A DNA stretch of 64,000 bases from an uncultured delta proteobacterium. GTDB lineage: Bacteria; Desulfobacterota; Desulfobacteria; Desulfobacterales; B30-G6. The stretch lies in the NCBI GenBank assembly GCA_963701385.1, contig CAVOZW010000006.1, positions 75,720 to 139,719 on the forward strand, in the 5' to 3' direction. This document shows positions 46,088-55,409 of the stretch, in pieces (position 1 is the first letter of the stretch; each line of letters begins with the position of its first letter). The translations under genes were made by a program, and so were the position numbers. The notes below the pieces were generated by a model. That model worked only from the letters and a program-made list of their open reading frames with translations, had not been told where the DNA came from and did not search any database.

Positions 46088-49000
46088 ACAGTCTTCAGCC
46101 AGTATCTTCCCCAGCACCGCCACGATATCGTCGGCATTCTGCTCGGTGATTACCATGGGTGGTTTCAACTTCAACACATTGTGCAGGGGGCCGTCCGTAC
46201 TGATCAACATACCGTGTTCCCGCAAGCGGTTGATAATATAGGCCGCCTCTTCAGGAGCGGGTTCCAGGGTTTCGCGGTCTTTAACCAGTTCCACGCCGAC
46301 AAAAAGCCCCTGACCACGAACGTCACCGATCAGTGGAAAGCTTTGCTTCAATTGCTCGAATCCCTGCAACAGTCGCTGTCCAACCTTGTGTGCATTTTCC
46401 TGCAAATGCTCTTTTTCGATGACATCCAGCACGGCCATAGCGATGGCACATGAAACGGGGTTTCCGCCAAAGGTATTGAAATACTCCATTCCGTTGTGAA
46501 ACGCTGCGGCAATCTCCGGGGTCGTAACGACCACGGCCATGGGATGCCCGTTAGCGATGGGTTTTCCCAAGGTCACGATATCGGGAACCACGGCTTGGGT
46601 TTCAAAGGCCCAGAAATGGCTTCCCACCCGTCCAAAACCGACTTGGACCTCATCGGCAATACAGACGCCCCCGGCATCTCTGACGTGTCGGAATGCATTT
46701 TCCAAATAGGTGTCCGGGAGTACAACCTGGCCGCCGCATCCCAAAAGGCTCTCGCAGATAAAGGCTGCTGGGCCCCTATCCCGGGATGTCACGCGCCTGA
46801 CGGCTTTTTTAACATCCTCGGCGTATGCCGCGCCCGTGGCTGGCGATTGGCCCTTGAACGGCCCTCGATACCCATCCGGCATGGACACCGTCTGCACCCA
46901 GGCGGGCGCGCCCCGACCCCCTGGGCCGTCATGCTTGTATGGGCTGATATCCACCAGCAGATTGGTGTTGCCGTGATAGGCGCCCGCCACGGTGATGATA
47001 TCCTTTTGACCGGTATAAGTGCGTGCCAATCGAAGTGCCAGCTCGTTGGCTTCGCTGCCTGTGCACACAAAAAAGCAAACGCTCAAGGGCGCGGGAAATT
47101 TGGCCAGCAGCTTTTCGGTATAAGAGATGATATGATCGTGAAGATAACGGGTGTTGGTGTTGAGTATCGCCATCTGACGCTGTCCAGCCTCAACCACCTC
47201 GGGATGGCAGTGACCCACATGGGTGACGTTGTTGACACCGTCAAGATATGCCTGGCCGTCCTGGTCGATCAGGTATTGCGCTTGGCCCCTGACAATTTTC
47301 AGGGGCTCGGTATAGGCAATGCTGTAGTTTTTACCCATGTGCCTGCTTCGAATCCTCAAGATATCTTCCCGGCTCCTTGTCTTTAACGGGAACAAGGCGT
47401 CGGGTATGCCCAATATCAGGTTGGGGTCGGGTGAAAGCGATTTCCACACCCGTCGCTGGCTTGGGGGTGCCACACCCTTGTAATTCCCCGTCTCCCCCAA
47501 CATGTCGGTAATGATCTGAAAGTGAAGATGCGGGGGCCACCCGCCGTTGACACGGGTGTCGCCAACCTCGGCGATTTTCTCACCGGCCGCCACTGGCTGC
47601 CCGATGGCTGAGTTTTTCAAGCGATGCAAGGCTTAAATGGCCGTAGAGGGTATAGAATGTCAGGCCATCGCCGGTTTCATGGGCAAGGATGATGGTCGGG
47701 CCATAGTCGAAAGGCGTCGCATTGTTATTAAAACTATGGACCTTCCCAGGATAAAAGGCACGAATAGCGGAACCCGGAAGCAAATGAAGATCGATGCCCA
47801 GATGAATCGTTCGCATTTCGGGCATCTGCTCGCTCTTTTGCCTGTAAGCCTTCGAAAGGTATATCGCTCTTGCTTCATCGTAACGACCGATACCGATGAC
47901 TGCGCCTCCTTGACGCATTTGTTCAAAAATTGCCTGGGACATGCTGGTGGTGTCACCCTGAACAGCATTGACATCGACCAATGGGCTTTCGACACTCAGA
48001 TCGAGTACGATCGCTGCGCCGCTCGCCGGGTCTGGATCGACCAAGGGTTTAAACTGGCTCTTTGCCCCACCAAACCAGGCCAGCAGTTTTTGCGTGTGGG
48101 GCACCGGGGACATGTTGCAGGCATCCCTGAATTGGTATTCGGCAAAGCGCGGGTGAATGTCCCTGAGCTGGCCAAGCAACCGCCAGGCAGGTTTCTCCGA
48201 AATTTGAAGGTAGGCATTGTGCGGTGCCATGCGGGATTGGTGGGCGGCATGGCACACGCTCATGCACAGGCGCATGAGGATAAGATCGAACAGCACAGAC
48301 AGTTCGATATCTTGCAGGGGGTATGCCTGGTGATAGCCGGCCACAACCTGTTTTGCGGCTGCGATCGGATCTGCCTTTCCCATCATGACGTAGGCACAAG
48401 CGATGGCCAGTTCATTGACCGTGTGTGTGTAGACCATATCACCGTAATCGATGACGCCGTCTACCCTGTTTTGCCAGACATCCTTCGGTGCGACCAGCAC
48501 GTTGTTGTCGTTGCCGTCGTTGTGAATCACGCTTTGCCGTATCTTGTCCAGCTTTGGCTGGGTGTGAGACCGATAGTGGGCCAAAAAGCCCTTGATCATG
48601 GCCTGATTTTCCTGTCCGCGAACCCGATTGACCAGGCTCTCGATGACCGGGGATGCTTGTTTGAGATCCCAGTGAAACGCCCGGTGGGCCGCTTGATGGT
48701 CAAAACTGCCCAGCGCCGCATCCAGATGGCCGAAAAATTCACCCAAGCTCTTCAAAAGTCCCGCGTCATGGGGCCTTACCTTTGCCAGTGGCTTGCCCGG
48801 GAGGAAAGACAGCATTCGTACAAAATGACTGTCACCGGCAGGGTTGGCGACGGTTTCGATCATAGGTCCCTTTCGGGATTTGCATATCTCAGGAACCACC
48901 GCCATCGTCTTTGCAAAAAGATCTTTATGGCGATTCACATGGATCATGGCCTTATTCTGAAATTCAAGGGCCGCTCGTTTTTCGGTTTGATTGGCTATCT

Positions 49001-49160
49001 TGAGGACATATTCCTTCTGGTCCTCGGTCCGGACATGATAATTCTGATCCCGTTCGCTGGGAAGCGGCCTGAATATGCCACAAACACCGAAGATTTCCTT
49101 TGCGATTTTCTCTGCTTCAGCTGCTGAGAAATGAGGCGCTTGGGTCACGATGGATGACAT
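46061..49160 (-). pseudogene. Fusion protein: APH/homoserine-kinase-like phosphotransferase + M23 peptidase-like domain + class III aminotransferase (phospho-lyase-like), split by one +1 frame shift (possibly an assembly error)
   Basis: ORF 47580..49160 carries the kinase loop VIHNDGNDNN and IDYGD, then the M23 start ...[16 protein letters not shown] 46061..47629 continues in the adjacent frame with ...[31 protein letters not shown], then ...[14 protein letters not shown]...[15 protein letters not shown]... The junction is at about 47604..47617 and includes an A5 run in the sense strand. Confidence 0.8.
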
Positions 49161-49424
49161 GGTTTTTGTCCTTGCTCCTTTTTTTGGAGAAGATTGCTAT
49201 TGTTAAATGGATTTATTGAGCTTCGAAAAGTTTTTATCACAAACAATCGCAAATTAAAATAACGAGACCATACTGAGTAAAAAACGACGACACCACCCTC
49301 GGGCTAGACGCTGAAGCCCTTCGATTTTTGTAACCTTAGGGTAAAGAAACAATCTTTATTCTGTTATTTTTATCATTTATGCGATAGATGGTTTCAATGG
49401 GAAATTAGAAAAACAAGGAGATAA

Positions 49425-50324
49425 ATGATGCTCGAAAAAACCAAGGTATCACTTTTACAGACAGACAACCGTGAGACCGGCATCGGACAATGCATCGATG
49501 CCCTGGGTGTCAATCCGGTAGCAAACAAGAACGTGCTCATCAAACCCAATTTCAACACGGCCGATCCGGCTCCGGGGTCTACGCACAATGACACGCTGGT
49601 GTCCCTCGTCAAAAAGGTTTGGGATATGGGCGCAATATCCATCAAAATTGGAGAACGAAGCTATCCCCTGACCCGTCAAGTCATGGAGCAGAAAGGCATC
49701 TTGCCGCTTCTAAAAGAACTGGATGTCGAGGTTGTGGACTTTGACGAGCTGAACAAAAAAGATTGGGTGAAAGTGAATCCAAGCGATACACACTGGCGTG
49801 ATGGGTTCCGGGTTGCCAGACCTGTTCTGGAAGCAGAATGCCTAATTTCCACGGGCTGTTTGAAAACGCATCAGTTCGGCGGTGTGTTTACCTTATCCCT
49901 GAAACTTCATGTGGGGGTCGTGCCCACAACCCGTCACGGGTTTGATTACATGGTCGAACTGCACAGCTCCCCCCATCAGAACAAATTGATCGCTGAAATC
50001 AATCAGCCCTTTCGACCCGACTTGGTTCTTATTGACGGTATCGATGCGTTTGTGGACGGCGGTCCTGCCACGGGAAAACATGTTTCCGGAAACCTTCTGT
50101 TGGCAGCCACCGATCGTGTGGCCATAGATGCCGTGGGTGTTGCCGCGCTAAAAACGCTCGGTAGCAATCCAACGATGATGCAAACCAGAATTTTCGATCA
50201 CGAGCAAATTGCCAGGGCTGCGGAAATAGGCATCGGTGTGACGTCTGTCGAACAGATCGAGATTGTCCCGGCCACAAAAGACAGTCGGCCGGCCAAAGAC
50301 AGGATACTTGCCCAACTAAAATAG
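49425..50324 (+). CDS. DUF362-domain protein
   Basis: 299 aa. ...KNVLIKPNFNTADPAPGSTHNDTL..., ...CLKTHQFGGVFTLSLKLHVG... ACAAGGAGATAAATG RBS. Family assignment is by recollection of the DUF362 pattern. Confidence 0.6.
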   Translation: MMLEKTKVSLLQTDNRETGIGQCIDALGVNPVANKNVLIKPNFNTADPAPGSTHNDTLVSLVKKVWDMGAISIKIGERSYPLTRQVMEQKGILPLLKELDVEVVDFDELNKKDWVKVNPSDTHWRDGFRVARPVLEAECLISTGCLKTHQFGGVFTLSLKLHVGVVPTTRHGFDYMVELHSSPHQNKLIAEINQPFRPDLVLIDGIDAFVDGGPATGKHVSGNLLLAATDRVAIDAVGVAALKTLGSNPTMMQTRIFDHEQIARAAEIGIGVTSVEQIEIVPATKDSRPAKDRILAQLK

Positions 50325-50521
50325 TTCTTGACACCAAATCCATGCATCCGTTATGTTATTAGTATCATTCCTATAGTACCGCATTGTGGTTATTGTATCC
50401 ATACTGGAATACGCGTTCAACAATTGAAAATTCCTAGCGCCAAACCACTGGAATGCTCTTGCAGTAGTCGTTCGTTTGATCCACTCGCGCGTCCTTGTCA
50501 CCCAATACCTGAGGAAGTGAA

Positions 50522-51086
50522 ATGAAAAAAATCCTTATCGCTACCGCCCTGATAGGTTTTGGGGTATTCATTGCATTTCCTCTTTTCAGCCTGGCCTATT
50601 ATACCATGGTCAGAACGTCCACACCCCAATTCTGCGCATCCTGTCATGAAATCAAGCCGGCCGTTGTGGCATGGCGATCCAGCACCCATACCAACAACGC
50701 TGCCGGCGTTGTGGTGGACTGCATGGATTGCCATTTACCAGCCCCCCAGGACACTTTCGACTTTTTCTTTGCCAAGTCGTATCATGGTCTCAAAGATGTG
50801 GCCGTCCATTTCTTTGGAGGAGAATATGATCGCGCAGCAAGCGCGTGAAGCCGCTTATGCCGCCTTTAACAATAAAATGTGCCAAAAATGTCACCGCAAT
50901 TTACTGTACATGCCAACCCGGCGGGGAGCCATGCTGGCTCACAGATCGGTGGTATATGCCCGCTCGGGTTATGAGAAGAAATGCATCGACTGTCACTACG
51001 ACTTGGTTCATTCAGACCGGGGCATGGTGATGTTTCGCCAGACCCGTAATGTGCCCTACCAGGCCAAAGGGCTGCGGCAACTATAA
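50522..51086 (+). pseudogene. NapC/NirT/NrfH-family membrane tetrahaem cytochrome c, split by one +1 frame shift
   Basis: N-terminal TM helix, then four CxxCH motifs: CASCH and CMDCH in ORF 50522..50848, CQKCH and CIDCH in the overlapping ORF 50559..51086. The junction is near 50831..50835 (...GGEYD|(R)QQAREAAY...). Confidence 0.8.
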
Positions 51087-51125
51087 TTGTAAAACGCTCA
51101 ATTTAGGTTGAAAGGAGTGATACCC

Positions 51126-52525
51126 ATGAGGAGACTCAATCCAATCATGCTGGTGGGCATGCTGAGCACCCTGCTGCTGGTGACCAATGTCTTGGTGGTA
51201 GCAGCCCAGCCCAACTTCGCCAAAGTCAAGGAATACCGGATCGAGCGTAGCGTGCCCCCTGAAGCGCAGGCTTGCATCGGCTGTCACCAGGTCAGCACGC
51301 CGGGCGTATTTGCGGACTGGGCCAAGAGCCGGCACGCCAATGCCAATATCACCTGTCTGGATTGCCATCTAATCCAACCCGGTGATCAGGACGTGGCCCA
51401 GGCGCATGAAAAGTATTACAGCCGTTCGGACCTGCCCTGGGGTGAAGGCAAATACAAGATGCCGATTGCCTCGATCGTGACGCCCAAGGACTGCTCGCGC
51501 TGCCACCCCGATGAAGCAACCCAGTACAGCAAATCCAAGCATGCCAACACCATCGAAATCATATGGAAAATCGACCCCTGGCTCAACAAGGGCATGAATT
51601 CGGACAACGAGCGTAAGACGGGATGCTTCAATTGTCACGGCACCGTTATCCGGTATCGATGACAACGGCAAGATTGATCCGGCCACCTGGCCCAACGCCG
51701 GTGTCGGCCGCATTAATCTGGACAACAGCAAGGGGTCCTGCACCTCCTGCCACACGCGTCATCGCTTCTCCGTGGCCGAGGCCCGCAAGCCTGAGGCCTG
51801 TGATCAGTGTCATTTAGGGCCCGATCATCCCCAGATCGAAATCTACGAGGAGTCCAAACACGGCACGATTTACCACGCCTATCAGGACGAATACAATTTC
51901 GATGCGGCCGGCGGCACCTGGACGCCCGGCGTGGATTATCGTGCGCCCACCTGTGCGGCGTGTCATATGTCCGGATCCGGCAAAGAGCCCACCAGCCACG
52001 ATGTCACCCAGCGCCTGTCTTGGGAAACCCAGGCCCCCTTAACGGTCCGCCCCCAGGATTTCAAAGCCGTTCCCTTCCGGAACCAACTGGCAGGATGAAC
52101 GCCAGAAAATGAAGAACATCTGCAGCGCCTGCCACGGGGACGCCTGGATCAACGATTTTTACGAGGGATTCGACAAGGCCGTAGACGAGTATAACGAGAT
52201 TTATTTTAAGCCGGCAAAAGCCAAACTCGACGAGCTCTACGGCAAAGGTCTGCTGGACGATACCAAGTTTTTCGACGAGCGCCTGGAAGTCGACTACTAC
52301 GAACTCTGGCACCACGAAGGCCGGCGAGCTCGTATGGGCACCATGATGATGGCCCCGGATTATGCCTGGTGGCACGGCTTCTACGAATGCAAGCTTCGAT
52401 TTGTCAACTACATGGAAGAGGCCAACCACCTGATCGAGCAGAATCAGAAGGCTTACATTGCGATCGATTTCCCCAATGCCACTGGGGATACCACCAAGCC
52501 AAAAAAGGTGTTTCCGGACAACTGA
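51126..52525 (+). pseudogene. Octahaem cytochrome c of the hydroxylamine-oxidoreductase (epsilon-Hao-like) family, split by two +1 frame shifts
   Basis: Signal peptide MRRLNPIMLVGMLSTLLLV and eight CxxCH motifs (CIGCH, CLDCH, CSRCH, CFNCH | CTSCH, CDQCH, CAACH | CSACH) spread over three successive frames. It includes the ...CDQCHLGPDHPQIEIYEESKHG signature. Junctions lie at about 51651 and 52078. Confidence 0.75.
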
Positions 52526-52527
52526 TG

Positions 52528-52623
52528 AGCTGATAGCTCATAGGCGATGGGTTTCCACCATCCCCAAGCGGGACACTAAAAGGCCACTATCACCTATCAG
52601 CTATGAACTATGAGCTATCAGCT
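52528..52623. repeat. 16-bp perfect inverted repeat AGCTGATAGCTCATAG / CTATGAGCTATCAGCT with a 64-nt spacer, between convergent gene ends
   Basis: 52528..52543 and 52608..52623 are exact reverse complements. Further CTATCAGCT words lie at 52594..52602 and 53397..53405. Confidence 0.8.
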
Positions 52624-53359
52624 AGGTTATTCCAAACCTAAGCCATTTAAATTTCTTCCTATTTTCTTCCGATACTCCCTGTCCAACACGCGCCATAAAC
52701 AGGTTTTCGGGTTTGAGACAAATATTCGGCTCGTTGGTCTGCATTTCCTGAAATTCAAAGGGTTCAAACAAGCGAATGAGCATGTTCCGATAAGCCAGTG
52801 CCGAGTGACCCGTCCCATCCAGATCCCAGGTCCATGAATATCCAACCATGTAAATAATTTTGTCCCGAATCTGCGGCGGCGTCACAAGCATTTCCAGGAT
52901 TTGTGCCGCAATGCCCAGAGATCGATAGCGCCGGCAGACTTCGATGGCTTTGACTTCCATCATCAAGCCGTCCCCCAGCTCCAGCCATCTTTCACCCGCC
53001 TCAGGATGGTTGAGGACACCAAAACCAATAATGTTTTTATCATCCAACGCCAGGGTTACATTGGCGTTTTTTTCCACGGCGTTGGCTTGCAGGGTTTCCT
53101 TTTTTGTATAGATTGACTTGTATTGAGCATGCATGCCGAATTGCGGATCAAAGGTGAAACCATTTATCTCGTCAGCCGTGCAAAAGGTGCGAATACAGAT
53201 CTGGGTGCCTTGAATGGTCAGACATTTCTCGATGGGTGTGGCTAGAGCAGGATCAGGATTGAAGGTTTCAAGGGACCCAGTGGTCGAGGGGGATAGCGCA
53301 GGGTCCGGGGGTTCGATGATTCGTGGGTCCGAGGGTTTGTCGTCGCTAGAATGTGTCAT
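52622..53359 (-). CDS. GNAT-fold acyltransferase-like protein (function unknown)
   Basis: 245 aa with a Pro/Ser-rich N-terminus. It has an acetyl-CoA-site-like motif ...EVCRRYRSLGIAAQILEML (R-x-x-G-x-A). Confidence 0.45.
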   Translation of the reverse strand: MTHSSDDKPSDPRIIEPPDPALSPSTTGSLETFNPDPALATPIEKCLTIQGTQICIRTFCTADEINGFTFDPQFGMHAQYKSIYTKKETLQANAVEKNANVTLALDDKNIIGFGVLNHPEAGERWLELGDGLMMEVKAIEVCRRYRSLGIAAQILEMLVTPPQIRDKIIYMVGYSWTWDLDGTGHSALAYRNMLIRLFEPFEFQEMQTNEPNICLKPENLFMARVGQGVSEENRKKFKWLRFGIT

Positions 53360-53506
53360 GGCTCAATGCGTAACCCCGGTATCCTTGAATGATAGCCTAT
53401 CAGCTCAACTTTCGGGACTCACCATAGATCGTGCCCATCCACAAATGGTCTTTTTCCGCGATAATCGTATGAAAACGCGGTCCTTTGGCAGCCCTTGCCC
53501 CCTGCC

Positions 53507-54061
53507 CTAATAATCCGTCCACGATGCATGCAGCCGCTTGATCATGACCACCATGTCGTGCTTGCTGCCATCCGGGCCGATGGCATAGTTCTTGAGCACG
53601 GCGCGTTGAATGAAGTCGAATTTCTTGACGGCCTCGATGGCTGCATCTTCCATACCCCTGATCAGGTCCGTTCGCAATATTTCCAGTCCCTTGTCCATGG
53701 CAGCTTGAATCAGGTCCAGCAATATCCAGGTGCCCAAGCGTTTGTTGCGGAATTCAGGCATCACCACGATGCGAAATCGTCCGACATGCTTGGTGACCCC
53801 GAACTTTCGTAAATGTAAGCTCCCGTGTCCCACCATCTCGGCGTTGCAGAGGGCGATGATGGAGAACACGGCGCCGGCATCCATGTTCGTAATCCATTTG
53901 CGAACCACCTCTGGCTTGGTGGTGTCATAGCGCATGCACCAACGATCGTTTTCAGGTATTTGTTGATAAAAATGGCGCAACAGGGCTTCGTCGTCCGGAG
54001 TCAAGGGCCGAATCACAGCCTCTTCACAATCTTTGAGGATACATTCTTTGGGGTATCTCAC
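53507..54061 (-). CDS. GNAT-family N-acetyltransferase, resembling the acetyltransferase domain of Pat-type protein lysine acetyltransferases
   Basis: GTG 54061 lies 10 nt after AAGGGAGG: (M)RYPKECILKDCEEAVIRPLTPDDEALLRHFYQQ...VVMPEFRNKRLGTWILLDLI. The longer tracked ORF would overlap the oah stop region and has no ATG. Confidence 0.65.
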   Translation of the reverse strand: MRYPKECILKDCEEAVIRPLTPDDEALLRHFYQQIPENDRWCMRYDTTKPEVVRKWITNMDAGAVFSIIALCNAEMVGHGSLHLRKFGVTKHVGRFRIVVMPEFRNKRLGTWILLDLIQAAMDKGLEILRTDLIRGMEDAAIEAVKKFDFIQRAVLKNYAIGPDGSKHDMVVMIKRLHASWTDY

Positions 54062-54203
54062 CGCTCGGCAACCTCCCTTTCTCAACCTGGAACACGCATT
54101 CGATTCCAGGTGTGGATCGATGGATTTTAACGGGCACTCCCGTGGTATTTTGCGCAGGTAGACAAAGCGACAACGTCGCGTTTCATAAAATCGCGCAGCG
54201 ATT

Positions 54204-55337
54204 TTATTTCGGTTTCCCCATGACGTCTGCGAACATCTCCATGTCCCAGCTCCGGCATTCGGCAATGTTTTGCCGGAACTTGATAAAATCGATGGTATCC
54301 TGTCCGGTGATCTTTTTGGTGTTGAAAGCCCCAAAACCGAGAAACGCTTCGCCACCCATGTTGGCGGCAAGCCAGTGTCTGTGAGAATTTTTCATGGTAT
54401 CCCAGAAATATTTTTTCTTCTGGCGGACACTGTCGATGGACTCTATCAGACACCCCGGAAAAAGGTTGGCAAATGTCCAGACTATTTTATCGACTTCCTT
54501 GTCCAGGCGCTCAAAATCGGCATTGGCTTGATGTTCTTTGACAAAAGCACGCGCTTGTTTCAAGGCCTCACCGGACTTGTATTCACCAAAGACAATCTCG
54601 CCGTCTTGCACATATTTGTCAATGATGAGCATGGGGTTGCGAACCCATTCGCCATCGACTTTAAGAACCGGAACCACTTTGCTGATCAGGTTCTTGGCTT
54701 TCATCTTATAAGCGGACCACATTTCGCAGGAAATACAGTTCCACATGGCGTCTTCCATGCTCAGGAACCAGGGCAAGAAATCCGAAGATCCGCCCACCGG
54801 GGCCGACCCGTGTTTGGGTCCAGCCTGCCCAAAAATGGCCAGATCCGACGAAATGGCAAGGTCACAGGCCATGCCGATCTCTTGACCGCCGGCCACCCGC
54901 ATCCCATTGACACGACAAATAACCGGCTTTTTGCAGGCTAGAATGGCATCGACCATGTGATTGAAGAGCTCCATATATTGGCCGTATTCATCGGGTCGGC
55001 GACTGTAGTATTCACTATATTCTTTGGTATTGCCTCCGGTGCAGAAGGCATAGGGCCCGGTACCGGTAAAGACGACCGCTACAACACGCCGATCAAGAGA
55101 GGCATTTTCAAACCCGGCAATCACGCCCTTGACCATTTCCGTTGTGTACGAGTTATACTGTTTGGGGTTGTTGAGGCGAATCCATTGGGTGTACAATCCA
55201 TCGACCACTTTTCCCGAAGGGTCCTGCAAGGGTTTTTTCTCCACGACAACACAGGGCGCTTCGCTTCCCCAGTGCGTTTGGGTATGCAGGGAATGATCTT
55301 TTTCATCGTCGTCCCGGGGCATCCATTCTAAGGCCAT
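54204..55337 (-). CDS. oah: 6-oxocyclohex-1-ene-1-carbonyl-CoA hydrolase (ring-cleaving enzyme of the anaerobic benzoyl-CoA pathway)
   Basis: 377 aa, crotonase-family. It contains QYNSYTT and GGQEIGMACD, the peptide regions I recall as targets of the standard bamA primers. AAAGGAGAAAATCATG RBS. Confidence 0.85.
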   Translation of the reverse strand: MALEWMPRDDDEKDHSLHTQTHWGSEAPCVVVEKKPLQDPSGKVVDGLYTQWIRLNNPKQYNSYTTEMVKGVIAGFENASLDRRVVAVVFTGTGPYAFCTGGNTKEYSEYYSRRPDEYGQYMELFNHMVDAILACKKPVICRVNGMRVAGGQEIGMACDLAISSDLAIFGQAGPKHGSAPVGGSSDFLPWFLSMEDAMWNCISCEMWSAYKMKAKNLISKVVPVLKVDGEWVRNPMLIIDKYVQDGEIVFGEYKSGEALKQARAFVKEHQANADFERLDKEVDKIVWTFANLFPGCLIESIDSVRQKKKYFWDTMKNSHRHWLAANMGGEAFLGFGAFNTKKITGQDTIDFIKFRQNIAECRSWDMEMFADVMGKPK

Positions 55338-55409
55338 GATTTTCTCCTTTTACGTATAGTTTATGAGTGAAAGCATTAAAGCAGTTACACAACGCAGCGC
55401 CGTAGCCCA

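Noticed and set aside
47637-49127. 496-aa + strand ORF, one of the longest in the track
   Set aside because: It has no recognisable motifs and a biased composition. The opposite strand carries kinase catalytic-loop and M23 motifs in the correct order. It is an antisense shadow. The same applies to 28509..29237, 36364..37140, 46496..47386 and 20454..21341.
50846-52098. Selenocysteine (TGA) recoding at the breaks in the cytochrome genes
   Set aside because: The upstream fragments do end in TGA (50846..50848, 51660..51662, 52096..52098), but the downstream continuation is always in a different frame. Read-through of TGA would not restore the protein. I found no same-frame ORF pair split by TGA elsewhere in the window.
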